Source: an uncultured Sutterella sp. | Lineage (GTDB): Bacteria; Pseudomonadota; Gammaproteobacteria; Burkholderiales; Burkholderiaceae_F | NCBI GenBank assembly: GCA_902463725.1 | Contig: CABQGK010000006.1 | Location: forward strand, 92,121 to 156,120 | Reading direction: 5' to 3' | Length of the DNA stretch: 64,000 nucleotides | Shown here: piece after piece, positions 39,574 to 50,074 of the stretch | Numbering within the stretch: position 1 is the stretch's first letter | How the letters are laid out: each line of letters begins with the position of its first letter | Made by a program: the position numbers and the translations under genes | Notes under the pieces: model-generated | Databases searched by the model: none | The model's input: the letters and a program-made list of their open reading frames with translations, nothing else | What the model was told of the DNA's origin: nothing

Positions 39574-39613
39574 AAAAACCCGCCGCAGAAATCAATTTCT
39601 ACGGCGGGTTTTT
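39574..39613. terminator. Bidirectional terminator between htpX and the radical SAM gene
   Basis: AAAAACCCGCCG...CGGCGGGTTTTT. Confidence 0.85.
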
Positions 39614-39632
39614 CTGTTGCAGACAGTCGGTT

Positions 39633-40409
39633 TTAGTAGCTCACCGAGACTTCAAGGCCAGCTGCGCGAATACGATCTGCGATGGCATCAAGCTCTTCGC
39701 GCGTCGCTTTTTTGAGCGTATCGCGTGGCGTTTCACGCGCAATCGTATAAATGGTCACGAGTTTAGGACCGATGGCTTTGACAGCTTCTAACCATGGGGT
39801 GACATAGGCATCGCTCACGTTGCTGATGTCACGACCATCCCATGTGCCCTTCATGAACATCGTTTGAATAATGGCGCGCTTGCCGAGTCGCTTCATACGC
39901 GAGATCAGATCGGCGAGATCGTACTTTGAGGTCGGACGGTCAATGCTGTGAATATAGTCGCTATTGACGGTGTCGAGCTTTAATAACGGGTTGTCTACTT
40001 TTTCAAGTGCAGCAAAGACATGATCACGGTTGAGGTGCGTGGCGTTCGTCAGAACGCTAATTTTGCATTCGGGGGCGTAGTGGTTACGCAGTGCGATCGT
40101 TTGATCGATGATGTCTGCAAAATCTGGGTGTAGCGTCGGCTCTCCATTACCCGCAAAGGTAATGGTATTGGGGAGACGATCCTCAGCGTGCATTTGCTTG
40201 AGTTTATCTTCGAGCGTTGAAAGCACAAGCTCCTTGCTTGGCATACGCGAGGCTGGGCGGCGCTCTTCGTTGAGGCCGCACTCACAGTAAATACAGTCAA
40301 AGTTGCAGAGTTTACCGTCAGCAGGCAGGAGGTTGACCCCTAGAGAAATGCCTAAGCGGCGGCTGACAACCGGACCAAAAACAGGACTCGGATAAAGAAC
40401 AGTTGACAT
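39633..40409 (-). CDS. Radical SAM protein, function unknown
   Basis: GPVVSRRLGISLGVN, CNFDCIYC (CX3CX2C), FAGNGEPTLHP, VLTNAT. Confidence 0.9.
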   Translation of the reverse strand: MSTVLYPSPVFGPVVSRRLGISLGVNLLPADGKLCNFDCIYCECGLNEERRPASRMPSKELVLSTLEDKLKQMHAEDRLPNTITFAGNGEPTLHPDFADIIDQTIALRNHYAPECKISVLTNATHLNRDHVFAALEKVDNPLLKLDTVNSDYIHSIDRPTSKYDLADLISRMKRLGKRAIIQTMFMKGTWDGRDISNVSDAYVTPWLEAVKAIGPKLVTIYTIARETPRDTLKKATREELDAIADRIRAAGLEVSVSY

Positions 40410-40511
40410 CTACGTTCCTTGCGTTTTGGGTAAGAGAGACTACTATCTTAGTCCATATAACCAAGTTAAGTCAGTTCGTCTAAGTAAAACCTCTCAGAGG
40501 CGAGCGCCGCT

Positions 40512-41951
40512 TTACGCATTAGCAGGCACTTGCCCGCTTGTTGATTGCGCAATGGCTGCCGAGATTTCCTTGGCGCTGTGCTCATCTTCAAGCGAAATAC
40601 GGCGTCCAACGATCAGTGCCATCGTACAGAGGCAAATGCCTGTGAGGATGAGCCCGAGGGTGGTGGCGGCCCAGAAGCCGTAAACACCATAGGGGCCTCC
40701 AAAGGTTTCTGCGCTAAAACAGAGATAGAAGCCGCCGCCAAAGCCAACACCCCAAAGCATGATGCCGTATATGATCATCGGCAGTTTCGTGACGCGATAG
40801 CCACGTAAGGCAAAGGAGCTGACGCACTGCAAGGCGTCAAAGACGTGATAGCAGCAGCCAAAGAGGAGAATCCCCACCCCGAGCTGAACAACCGCGGCAT
40901 CGGTCGAGTAGAAGCTGAGGATTGCTTCTCGGCCGAAGTAAAGGGTTGTGATCACCATGAGTGCAAGGACGACAGCCAATTTAAGACTACGCTTGAGCAC
41001 TACGTAAGCCACGGATTGCCACCGCGCTCCGAGACACTGTGACACTAGCACGGTACTGGCAATACCCAAGGAAAGCGGGAGCATGTAGCACATACTGGTG
41101 ACGTTGGCGACGATCTGGTGAGCGGAGATCGTTTCTGCGCCGAGTCGCGAGACCAATATGGCCATCCCTGTAAAACTCGACACCTCAAAGAAGGTGGAAA
41201 GCCCAATGGGAATGCCGATATGGAGTTGCTCTTTGATAAGCGTCCAAGAGGGTTTACTAATTCGAGGGGCGCGGAATCGGTCGTAAAACGGGTCGAAGCG
41301 CCAGAGTAAGTAAAAGAGCACAAAGCTCAGGATATTCATACTCGCAAACGAAAGCCCAGCGCCCATGCCGCCAAGTGCGGGGAAACCAAACCAACCGTAC
41401 ATGAATACGCCGTTGAGCGGAGCCTTGAGCGCAAGCGTCAGTAGCGATATCCACATCGTGACGTTGGGGCGTGAGAGCGCAGCGTTGAGCGAGACAAAAC
41501 TACGCGCAAAGAGGGCAAAAGGTTGGCTGAGCCCAGTAAAGAGCAGGTAGCCAGCGGCCATTTTGGCCACCTCACCGTTTACTTTGCCAAGGTTTGTCCA
41601 AAGCTCTGTGTATGTTAGCAGTGGTACGCCGATGAGCGATAAAAAAATCGCGAGCCAAATATTTTGCTGTAACGCGAGACCGATTTTTCCATGTTCCCGG
41701 GCGCCATAGTGATGACCTACGATTGGCGAGAGACTTTGCAGTATGCCGATGATGGCCATATTGACGCAGATGGTTGCAGCGAGTCCAAGCGCAATCGCAG
41801 CCAGGTGCTCAGTGCCCAGACGCCCTGCCATGATGGTGTCAATCGTCCCAGAACCGATGATCGAGATATTCGCGATGAAGATCGGTCCGCCGAGTTTTGC
41901 TAGCGCCTTGAAAGAAGTGTTAGGCGGCGGAAGAAGTTCTTTTTCTGTCAT
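40512..41951 (-). CDS. MATE efflux transporter (NorM-like)
   Basis: IDTIMAG, FGFPALGGMGAG, GIPIGLSTFFEV, SAHQIV, ALRGY. Confidence 0.92.
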   Translation of the reverse strand: MTEKELLPPPNTSFKALAKLGGPIFIANISIIGSGTIDTIMAGRLGTEHLAAIALGLAATICVNMAIIGILQSLSPIVGHHYGAREHGKIGLALQQNIWLAIFLSLIGVPLLTYTELWTNLGKVNGEVAKMAAGYLLFTGLSQPFALFARSFVSLNAALSRPNVTMWISLLTLALKAPLNGVFMYGWFGFPALGGMGAGLSFASMNILSFVLFYLLWRFDPFYDRFRAPRISKPSWTLIKEQLHIGIPIGLSTFFEVSSFTGMAILVSRLGAETISAHQIVANVTSMCYMLPLSLGIASTVLVSQCLGARWQSVAYVVLKRSLKLAVVLALMVITTLYFGREAILSFYSTDAAVVQLGVGILLFGCCYHVFDALQCVSSFALRGYRVTKLPMIIYGIMLWGVGFGGGFYLCFSAETFGGPYGVYGFWAATTLGLILTGICLCTMALIVGRRISLEDEHSAKEISAAIAQSTSGQVPANA

Positions 41952-43726
41952 TTGTGCAATAGTGTCTCAGTAATCGGGGCACCCTGTGGCAGTCGTGCGC
42001 TTTGAATCACATAGAAAGCTTCACCTGAACGGGTACGTGCTGCGCCTACAGCGCCAGCTAGTTCGAGCGTTGGCGCCGAGGACGATTGTCGGATGAGCGT
42101 AAAGCGGCAGCTACCGCTAGCTTTAAGTTGCGTCAAGGGGCCTTGCCCGTAATAGGTCATGACTGTGCTTTGAGCGGGGCTCAAGCGCACGGGCGTGATA
42201 CAGTCGCCCGGTTGAAAACCGTCTGCAATAAGGAGCTTTTCGATCGTTCCTACAACAGGCGCGAGTGAACGGAACTCTGTTGCAGCATGGTGAAATAGTC
42301 CTAAACCGATGACAACGGTCACCGTCATGCCGACAGCATTAATCCATGGCCCACGCCAGAGCGCCACAGAGCGGTGGGTCAGACGCCAAACGAGTAGCGC
42401 GATCCAAGCGACGGAGACTGCGCAGGCTACCACAAACCCCCCGTCAAAACTCGGGCGTACAGTAGGTGCCAAGTGAATGATGGATTGGTGCATCTTTGGG
42501 GGCATCCCTGAGAACCAAGCGCCCCAGTAAAGCCAAATTGTCAGTGCGGCAAGGCTAAAGATGGTCAGACCAAACCAGTCCAGCACACTCTCCCAGCCAC
42601 GACGAATGGTTAAGAGACTAAAGGCTGCAAAGACTGTGAGCGCAGGTAAGCAAGCGAGGAAGACGCTGTCGGTTGATTGGCGTGAAGAAAAGATGACACC
42701 GAGCGCCGTGATTGCAATGACAACCGTCGGCAGAAAAAGAAAGGTTTCAGTGAGTCGCCGTCCCCAGCTCAGCAGCCCCATGAGTACCAAGGGCCATACA
42801 GGCAAGAGGAACCAGAGCGAATGTTTGGCAAACCATAGGTAAGTAGAGAGCCCCGCTGGGCCGAAATGATCAGTCTGAGCGAGCGCCCACTGATGAAACC
42901 AGAGTGACGTTGCCTGCGCGTTAACCACCCAAGCAGACAGCGGCCAAAGCGAAAAGAGCGCTGTGGCAGAGAGAATGAGCGCAATAAAGCTGATATCGCG
43001 CTCACGTGAGCCATTTGAGAGCGTTCCCACCACGATCAGGCTCTGCGCGAGTAGCCACACGCCCGCAAAGAGCGTCGATGCGACGATGGAGGCGCAGACA
43101 CTCAAGCCCGCCATGACGCTACCTAAGATCGGGCGCTTGATAGCGATGGTCAAGGCGTAGAGATTGAGCGCAGCGATTGCGAGTAGCGCTGTGTCGGGAA
43201 CCGCTTCATGTTGTCGCGTCAAGATGCCAAAAATGGCGACGAACAGTAGCACAGTCGAGTCAGCAATAGAGCGAGCAAAATCTTTAGGACGTGCTTCGCC
43301 TCCAAAAGCGAAGGCGATGGGTTGTGCTTCAGGGCGGCGAGCCAGTCGATAGGCAGCCTCCCAGAGGGCAAAGGCGGAGAGGGTAAACCAAATCAGTGCA
43401 GCCAAGCGTAGCACTTCGACTTCACTTAGCCAGCTCAAGCCTTGCTCACCGAGTAGACGCATCAGTAGTGCGGAGACCCAAGCGGTGAGAGGTCCCGCAT
43501 TCGTGAGCGACTCGCCAAAGGCGCTAGGCAACAGCCAAGCTTCTAAGGGGGCTTGGGTCAGGCTCCAAGCGGCGGCAAAGCTATCAATGTCACGTGGTGT
43601 CCAAAGGTCATCGGCGAAAAAGCCGCTCAGCGCAAAAACGGCCAACAACAGCCAAAAGCCCGCTCGGGGGAGTTTGACGGCAGCCTCTTGCGAGAGTTTG
43701 ATTGGGGTTGAACGCTGAGCTAGCAC
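41948..43726 (-). CDS. ArnT/GT-C-like membrane glycosyltransferase
   Basis: Multi-TM; DLWTPRD, GPLTAW, EAQPIAFAFGGE, WFLLPVWPL; conserved rpmE2-ArnT-MATE order. Confidence 0.7.
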   Translation of the reverse strand: MLAQRSTPIKLSQEAAVKLPRAGFWLLLAVFALSGFFADDLWTPRDIDSFAAAWSLTQAPLEAWLLPSAFGESLTNAGPLTAWVSALLMRLLGEQGLSWLSEVEVLRLAALIWFTLSAFALWEAAYRLARRPEAQPIAFAFGGEARPKDFARSIADSTVLLFVAIFGILTRQHEAVPDTALLAIAALNLYALTIAIKRPILGSVMAGLSVCASIVASTLFAGVWLLAQSLIVVGTLSNGSRERDISFIALILSATALFSLWPLSAWVVNAQATSLWFHQWALAQTDHFGPAGLSTYLWFAKHSLWFLLPVWPLVLMGLLSWGRRLTETFLFLPTVVIAITALGVIFSSRQSTDSVFLACLPALTVFAAFSLLTIRRGWESVLDWFGLTIFSLAALTIWLYWGAWFSGMPPKMHQSIIHLAPTVRPSFDGGFVVACAVSVAWIALLVWRLTHRSVALWRGPWINAVGMTVTVVIGLGLFHHAATEFRSLAPVVGTIEKLLIADGFQPGDCITPVRLSPAQSTVMTYYGQGPLTQLKASGSCRFTLIRQSSSAPTLELAGAVGAARTRSGEAFYVIQSARLPQGAPITETLLHK

Positions 43727-43766
43727 TTTTCAAGATTCCTTCAGTCGACGAGACGCTATAAACAGC

Positions 43767-43803
43767 AAAAAGGACAGTCCGATACGATCGGATACTGTCC
43801 TTT
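43767..43803 (-). terminator. Terminator after rpmE2
   Basis: AAAGGACAGT-CCGAT/ATCGG-ATACTGTCCTTT. Confidence 0.75.
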
Positions 43804-43858
43804 AGCCAACATCGCGCGAAGACGGAGCGACGCGCGGATTGGAAACAAGAGTACCGGA

Positions 43859-44143
43859 TTACTTGGCCTTGGCAGCTTCGGCAGCGGCGTCGAGAGCCTG
43901 CTTCTTGGCGGCAAACTTGGCGCGGAACTTTTCCACACGGCCGGCTTCAACGATACGGGTCTGAGCGCCAGTGTAGAAGGGGTGGCTTTCAGAAGACGTA
44001 TCGAGCTTGTAGAGCGGGTAGGTCACGCCGTCGATTTCGATCGTTTCCTTCGTCTGAGCCGCAGAGCGGATGATGAAGGTCTTGTTGATGGAGAGGTCGA
44101 CGAAAGCGACTTCGCGGTATTCCGGATGAATATTCGGTTTCAT
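43859..44143 (-). CDS. rpmE2: 50S ribosomal protein L31 type B (Zn-independent)
   Basis: [10 protein letters not shown]...SESHPFYTG...[10 protein letters not shown]; no Cys. Confidence 0.95.
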   Translation of the reverse strand: MKPNIHPEYREVAFVDLSINKTFIIRSAAQTKETIEIDGVTYPLYKLDTSSESHPFYTGAQTRIVEAGRVEKFRAKFAAKKQALDAAAEAAKAK

Positions 44144-44486
44144 TTGAATAGTGTTCCTAGTTATGGTGTCGGTCGCCCTGGCGGCCTTGCGAGTTTGCCC
44201 GAAAAGTCGGGTCTTATAACAGACATGCCTGCCCACGTGCCAACTGGGAAAGCGGAATTATCCCAAAAGTGCAAAACGCTTGCAAGTAGATGGACGCTCT
44301 TTTTGAGGATTTCGCGACAGCAGCGCGTCGTGAGTGCACGCCTCTGCGGAAGATATGGCTGGGCAGATCGGCGCCGAGCACAAGGAAAACCCTTAAGATT
44401 GAGTTGTGGGAGGCTTGGTAAAATTCCACATTGTCTGAGTGTACTTAGACCCAATCTGACCCCATTTGACAGTAAAGAGAGTAAGT

Positions 44487-45416
44487 ATGAATTCGCTAGA
44501 GCGCTGTGTCATTGCGACACGAGAAAGCCCCTTGGCCATGTGGCAGGCTCTTCATATCCAACGTGTTTTGCGCGAGCGCTATCCGGGGCTCACGGTTGAT
44601 CTGCTCGGCATGACCACGCGTGGTGATCAAATCCTTGACAAAACGCTTTCTAAGGTTGGTGGTAAAGGGCTCTTTGTTAAGGAGCTCGAGGCGGCGATGC
44701 AAAAAGGGGAGGCAGACCTGGCAGTGCATTCGCTCAAGGATGTACCAATGGAGTTGCCCGAAGGGTTTGAATTGGTTGCCGTGAGTAGCCGTGAGGATCC
44801 TCGCGATGCCTTTGTCTCGCCTAAATACGCATCTCTTGACGAAATGCCGGCTGGCGCCGTGGTGGGCACAGCAAGTCTGAGACGCGAATTGATGTTGAGA
44901 ATGAACTACCCGCACCTTGACGTGCGTCCCATTCGCGGAAACGTCGGCACTCGGCTTCGCAAATTGGATGCAGGGGAGTTCGACGCACTGGTGATGGCTG
45001 CGGCTGGGCTGAAGCGTTTGGAGTTGCACGATCGCATCCGCATGATTATTCCCGATACGGTGAGTTTGCCCTCGCCTGGGCAGGGGGCGCTCGGTATTGA
45101 AATCCTTGAAGGACGCGAAGCGCTACGCAATCTTTTGGCGTTTATCAACGACCCTGATACGCGCGCCTGTTGTATCGCTGAACGCGCTGTTTCGCGTGCG
45201 CTTGGTGGCTCATGCCAAGTGCCGCTTGCTGCCTATGCTGTGGTCAATGGCGATGAGATGTGGTTGCGTGCGCTCGTGGGTAATCATCACACAGGTGAGG
45301 CTGTCCGAGCCGAGATACGTGGTGCCAAGTCGGAGGCGCTTGCTTTGGCTGCACAAGTGGTCGAGGCTCTGCGCGCTCAGGGCGCCGATACCATTCTCAA
45401 GGCTGTTTTGGGCTGA
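44487..45416 (+). CDS. hemC: Hydroxymethylbilane synthase
   Basis: [38 protein letters not shown]. Confidence 0.97.
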   Translation: MNSLERCVIATRESPLAMWQALHIQRVLRERYPGLTVDLLGMTTRGDQILDKTLSKVGGKGLFVKELEAAMQKGEADLAVHSLKDVPMELPEGFELVAVSSREDPRDAFVSPKYASLDEMPAGAVVGTASLRRELMLRMNYPHLDVRPIRGNVGTRLRKLDAGEFDALVMAAAGLKRLELHDRIRMIIPDTVSLPSPGQGALGIEILEGREALRNLLAFINDPDTRACCIAERAVSRALGGSCQVPLAAYAVVNGDEMWLRALVGNHHTGEAVRAEIRGAKSEALALAAQVVEALRAQGADTILKAVLG

Positions 45417-45565
45417 GAACTGCCGCGCGGACAGTAAACTAACTTGTAGGGTGTGCTTCGTCGGGCGATGCTCCCCCACGCACACAGAGCACACCTGAAA
45501 GTGATTAACGCAAGCTTGTTGTATTCCGACCGCTCAACGAGCTTCAGAAGAAGGAAAAGCGATTC

Positions 45566-46375
45566 ATGGCTCCCATCCTACCGATTATCCTGACGCGACC
45601 CGGTGAGGCCAATAACCAACTAGCCGATGTAGTTGAAGCAATGCAACTGCGGCAGGTTGACGTGTGGCGCTGGCCTGCTTTCAATATCGAACTCCCCTCT
45701 ATGACAGAGCAGGAGCAGCTTCAAAAGCGTTTGGAAAATCTGGATGATGTTGAGATGGTCGTTTTGCCTAGCCCTGCGGCGGTGACGGCTGTAGCGCATT
45801 GGATTGATCATTGGCCAGCACACGTCACCTTGGCAACAGTGGGTAGCGGTACGGCACGTACCATTCGTGCTGCGTTCGGTGATCGGGTGGATGTGCTTGC
45901 TCCTGAGGGCGATGCTGAGCAAAGTGGCTCCGAGGCATTGTGGGAGTTGGTCAAACGCCGCGGCGCTCCTTCGCGTGTTCTCTTTTTGCGTGGTCAGACT
46001 GGGCGAGAATGGTTGCCCACGCAATTCCGTAGCATCGGTAGCGATGTCGTCACGATGTGTGCGTATGTGCGTGTGCCAATTGAACTCAATGCCAAACAAA
46101 ACCGCATGCTGACGCATGCACTCGCAGGCCAGCCTCCTATCCTCTATATCACGAGTACGGATGCTGTGGATGCTATGGTTTTGGCGCTACACACGGTGCC
46201 TGGGGCGCTTGAGTGGGCTGTTAGGGGGGATGTTATTACGTTACATCCCCGTGTTGTGCGCCGTCTCAAGGAGGCGGGATTTTCCAACATTGCCGTCACG
46301 AGTACCGATACGCACACGGTCGCTGCGCAAGTTCGCGAGTTTTATTTGCAGCGTCTCAAGCCTTCGATTCTCTAG
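45566..46375 (+). CDS. hemD: Uroporphyrinogen-III synthase
   Basis: ILTRP, SPAAV, SEAL, RGQTGREWL, YVR; follows hemC. Confidence 0.88.
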   Translation: MAPILPIILTRPGEANNQLADVVEAMQLRQVDVWRWPAFNIELPSMTEQEQLQKRLENLDDVEMVVLPSPAAVTAVAHWIDHWPAHVTLATVGSGTARTIRAAFGDRVDVLAPEGDAEQSGSEALWELVKRRGAPSRVLFLRGQTGREWLPTQFRSIGSDVVTMCAYVRVPIELNAKQNRMLTHALAGQPPILYITSTDAVDAMVLALHTVPGALEWAVRGDVITLHPRVVRRLKEAGFSNIAVTSTDTHTVAAQVREFYLQRLKPSIL

Positions 46376-46401
46376 TCATTGACGCGGAAAAAACAAAAGA
46401 G

Positions 46402-46438
46402 AAAAGGGCGATGTCACTTCCGATGACACCGCCCTTTT
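46402..46438. terminator. Bidirectional terminator between hemD and rho
   Basis: AAAAGGGCG-ATGTCA/TGACA-CCGCCCTTTT. Confidence 0.8.
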
Positions 46439-46478
46439 ACATTAACATCTTATCGCGAGACGAAGATGAGTGCCTGCG

Positions 46479-47735
46479 TTAGCGCTTCATCAGATCGAAG
46501 AACTCATTGTTGTTCTTCGTGGCTTTCATCTTATCGAGGAGGAATTCCATCGCTTCGAGCTCATCCATATCGTAGAGGAACTTGCGCAGAATCCAAACCT
46601 TCTGTAGCACATCGGGCTTGAGCAGGAGTTCTTCACGGCGCGTGCCCGATCGATTGAGATTGATAGCAGGATAGACACGTTTTTCAGCCATGCGGCGTTC
46701 AAGGTGGATTTCGTTATTACCCGTACCTTTGAATTCTTCGTAAATCACATCATCCATACGCGAGCCGGTATCGACGAGTGCAGTGCCGATAATAGTGAGC
46801 GAGCCGCCTTCTTCGAGATTTCGCGCAGCACCGAAGATGCGCTTCGGACGTTGCAGTGCGTTGGCATCGACACCACCAGTGAGTACCTTACCCGAGGAGG
46901 GAATGACTGTGTTGTAGGCGCGCGCAAGGCGGGTGATGGAGTCGAGTAGGATGACCACGTCACGTTTGCTTTCAGCAAGACGCTTGGCTTTTTCGATAAC
47001 CATTTCGGCGACTTGCACATGGCGGGCAGCAGGTTCATCAAACGTACTGGCAACCACTTCACCCTTGACAGAGCGCTGCATTTCCGTCACTTCTTCAGGA
47101 CGTTCGTCGATAAGTAGCACGAACAGGGTGCAGTCTGGGTGGTTGGTGGTGATGGCATGAGCAATGTGTTGCATGAGCACGGTTTTGCCAGATTTCGGTG
47201 GCGCTACGAGCAGAGCACGCTGTCCCTTACCAATTGGGGCGATGAGGTCGATGATACGTCCGGTGATGTTTTCATCACCGCGCATATCGCGCTCGAGCGT
47301 TAACGGCTCATTCGGAAAGAGTGGTGTCAGATTTTCAAAGAGCATGCGATGCTTGACGCTCTCGGGTGACTGCCCATTGACGGAGTCGACTCGAACGAGT
47401 GCAAAGTAGCGCTCCCCATCTTTCGGTGTACGGACCTCACCTTCGATCGAATCACCCGTGTGAAGATTGAAGCGGCGGATCTGCGAGGGCGAGATATAAA
47501 TGTCGTCCGTGCTGGCAAGGTAGCTTGTATCTGGGCTACGCAGAAAGCCGAAGCCGTCTGGGAGCACTTCTAGTGTGCCGTCGCCGAAGATCTGCTCTCC
47601 ACTTTTGGCTTTTTTCTTGAGAATGGCGAACATAAGCTCCTGCTTGCGCATGCGCTGGGCATTTTCGATTTCGAGCGCGTAAGCCATATCGAGAAGCTGG
47701 GAGATGTGAAGGGATTTGAGGTCTGAGAGATGCAT
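46479..47735 (-). CDS. rho: Transcription termination factor Rho
   Basis: [32 protein letters not shown]; start ATG 47735 gives 418 aa. Confidence 0.98.
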   Translation of the reverse strand: MHLSDLKSLHISQLLDMAYALEIENAQRMRKQELMFAILKKKAKSGEQIFGDGTLEVLPDGFGFLRSPDTSYLASTDDIYISPSQIRRFNLHTGDSIEGEVRTPKDGERYFALVRVDSVNGQSPESVKHRMLFENLTPLFPNEPLTLERDMRGDENITGRIIDLIAPIGKGQRALLVAPPKSGKTVLMQHIAHAITTNHPDCTLFVLLIDERPEEVTEMQRSVKGEVVASTFDEPAARHVQVAEMVIEKAKRLAESKRDVVILLDSITRLARAYNTVIPSSGKVLTGGVDANALQRPKRIFGAARNLEEGGSLTIIGTALVDTGSRMDDVIYEEFKGTGNNEIHLERRMAEKRVYPAINLNRSGTRREELLLKPDVLQKVWILRKFLYDMDELEAMEFLLDKMKATKNNNEFFDLMKR

Positions 47736-47843
47736 ATGAGGAAAAAGGGAGAGCGGAAGAGCATCGCAGCGCTGCGAGGACTTCCATGCCGAATGCTGCA
47801 ACTACTGAGGCGGCATTCGATCGGGTTGTGTCAATGAGATAGG

Positions 47844-47875
47844 ATTGTGCCGCTCTACGAAGAGAGCGGCACAAT
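47844..47875 (-). terminator. Hairpin between trxA and rho
   Basis: ATTGTGCCGCTCT/AGAGCGGCACAAT 13-bp stem. Confidence 0.55.
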
Positions 47876-47886
47876 ATGGTGAAACC

Positions 47887-48210
47887 TTATTTGTTGTCGT
47901 TGATGAAGCTGTTGAGCGCCGTAGCGTCCATAGCGCCGACACGGCGATCCACGGGCTTGCCGCCCTTGTAAATGATCAGAGTCGGAATGCTCTGGATGCC
48001 AAGTTCAACCGCGACGTTTGAGCTGGCGTCACAGTTGTAGGCCACAAACTTCACCTGGCCAGCGAATTCCTCCGCGGCTTTTTCAACGCGCGGCGTCATC
48101 ATGCGGCAGGGACCGCACCAAGGCGCCCAGAAGTCGACTACGACGGGAAGATCGCTTTTGAGGACGACTTCGTCAAAGTTGTCGTCCGTAACCTGAAACA
48201 GATTGCTCAT
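47887..48210 (-). CDS. trxA: Thioredoxin
   Basis: DFWAPWCGPC, GIQSIPTL; 107 aa from ATG 48210. Confidence 0.96.
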   Translation of the reverse strand: MSNLFQVTDDNFDEVVLKSDLPVVVDFWAPWCGPCRMMTPRVEKAAEEFAGQVKFVAYNCDASSNVAVELGIQSIPTLIIYKGGKPVDRRVGAMDATALNSFINDNK

Positions 48211-48578
48211 ATCAACTCCATTGGAGAGATTGCAAGCCATACTAGCGAAGAGACTATGCCAGAGGGTGCGCCTATGGAGGGCATACTTTGGCACTGAAGC
48301 CTCAACAAGAGTGGCTTGACTGGGATATAGGGAAGATTCCGAGAAAGCACAACCCGCATTCGGGGCACTGTGCATCGGGATAGCTGAGGTTTTAATGGTC
48401 GCCTCCTGAAGACTACGGGAGGGCTCAGCTCTTGATGGGGTTAATAGTAGCACTCCTTAGCGCATTCGAAAAGAGGGAATGAAACAATTTGTTGTGGGCA
48501 GTGGTGCCCTAAGTGTGGCGTCCGCCTTCAAGGAGAGGGCTTTTGCAAAACACGATTCAATCCTATATCATATGCCTC

Positions 48579-48673
48579 GGCGGGTCCCCTCGCATGTCGT
48601 CCCCAGAAACCTGGTCAGGTCGGGAACGAAGCAGCCATACTGGTGTACGGCAGTGCCGAGGATAAGGCTCGCC
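48579..48673 (+). ncRNA. ffs: SRP 4.5S RNA
   Basis: GGTCAGGTCGGGAACGAAGCAGCC core; ends GGCGGG/CTCGCC pair; upstream of dnaX. Confidence 0.93.
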
Positions 48674-48756
48674 ATTTTTACGTCTCCAGCCCGCGCGTCG
48701 GTGCTAGACGCTGGCGGTGGACATGGGGGTTGCGTGACTTTGACCACATCACAACC

Positions 48757-49428
48757 ATGAACCAATCGCTATTTTGGCTATTCCTTATCACCGCTGCAAC
48801 AACTGTGGCTACGCCTGGGCCAGGGGTGTTGATGACACTCATGAAGTCTGTCCGTTACGGCTTTACTGGCGCCAAGTGGACCATTCTAGGGACAGCAACG
48901 GGCACCATTATCATGGGTTTTTTTTCGGCGACGAGCCTCGGGATTTTGCTCTCGCATACGCCCTCTGCGTACAACGCGCTCCGCGTGATTGGCGCTTTTT
49001 ATATGGTTTGGCTTGGTATTAAGAACTGGCGGGCACAGGTCTTTGACCTAGATTCTGTCATTAAGCGTAAGGAAGACGAACACCGTCCCTTACTTAAGCA
49101 CGATCCCAATGCCATTCGACGGTTTCCCTTTTTCATGGAAGGCATCATGTTGCAGATGACGAATCCTCTGCTCATCATGTTCTTCCTCTCACTTTTTCCC
49201 CAATTCATCGATACGAACCTCGCTTATTTGCCGCAGTTCACGGTTCTTACGTTCACCTACTTTGCACTCGTGCTGGGGATTCATTCCGTCTACAGTCTTG
49301 TGACATCGCACTACCGTGTGCTATTGAAGAGTCGTGCGATGACACGGGCAATTTACCGCTTGGGCGGCAGTTTGTTTATCCTGCTCGCGATATTTGTGCT
49401 GCGCTCAGTCTTGCTTGATCTCATTTGA
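48757..49428 (+). CDS. LysE/RhtB-family exporter
   Basis: ATPGPG, IGAFYMVWLG, QMTNP, FFLSLFPQF; start ATG 48757. Confidence 0.9.
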   Translation: MNQSLFWLFLITAATTVATPGPGVLMTLMKSVRYGFTGAKWTILGTATGTIIMGFFSATSLGILLSHTPSAYNALRVIGAFYMVWLGIKNWRAQVFDLDSVIKRKEDEHRPLLKHDPNAIRRFPFFMEGIMLQMTNPLLIMFFLSLFPQFIDTNLAYLPQFTVLTFTYFALVLGIHSVYSLVTSHYRVLLKSRAMTRAIYRLGGSLFILLAIFVLRSVLLDLI

Positions 49429-49457
49429 CGGCAGGCGAGTGCGCAAAGGAGTTTCTT

Positions 49458-49952
49458 ATGTCCACTATTTTGATTCGCCCCGTACGTCGAGAGGACTGTC
49501 CAGAAGTCGAGCGCCTCATTCGTGAGTTGGCGCGCTACGAGCGGCTAGAGCATGAGTGCCATGCTAGTGTTGAAAACCTTGAGCGAGAGCTCTTTTGTGA
49601 GCGTCCTGTCATTCGTGCGGTACTCGCTTGGGAGGTCGACGAGGCGGGTAAGGAGAGTGCTATTGGGTTCGCGCTTTACTTTTTTAACTTCTCCACGTTC
49701 CTCACGAAACGCGGGCTCTATCTTGAAGACCTCTTTGTGCGTGAAGCATGGCGAGGGCGCGGCGTTGGTCGCTCACTGCTGAAGCACCTTGCGGCAGAGG
49801 CTGTGCGTGAGGGGTGCGGACGCTTTGATTGGGTTGTGCTCGACTGGAATCGTCCCGCCATTGACTTCTACCGCCGTATGGGGGCAAATATCTTGGAAGA
49901 TTGGCGTATTTGCCGCGTTGAAGGTGAAGCGCTAAAGCGACTTGCCGAGTAG
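49458..49952 (+). CDS. GNAT N-acetyltransferase (SSAT-like)
   Basis: IRELARYE, FSTF, YLEDLFV, RGRGVG, VLDWNRPAIDFY. Confidence 0.9.
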   Translation: MSTILIRPVRREDCPEVERLIRELARYERLEHECHASVENLERELFCERPVIRAVLAWEVDEAGKESAIGFALYFFNFSTFLTKRGLYLEDLFVREAWRGRGVGRSLLKHLAAEAVREGCGRFDWVVLDWNRPAIDFYRRMGANILEDWRICRVEGEALKRLAE

Positions 49953-50074
49953 AGCGAACCTCATCAGGGCAGAGCTTTTTGGCAGCGCTCTCAACACTTC
50001 CAGTAGAATGGAGAAACCTGTCGTTGAGCGCGAACCTCGCTTTGCGACGTTTCTGCACTCTGTAAGGAATTCTC

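Noticed and set aside
48211..48453. 81-aa N-terminal extension of thioredoxin
   Set aside because: ATG 48210 has a GGAG SD and gives a canonical 107-aa Trx; the extension looks non-coding.
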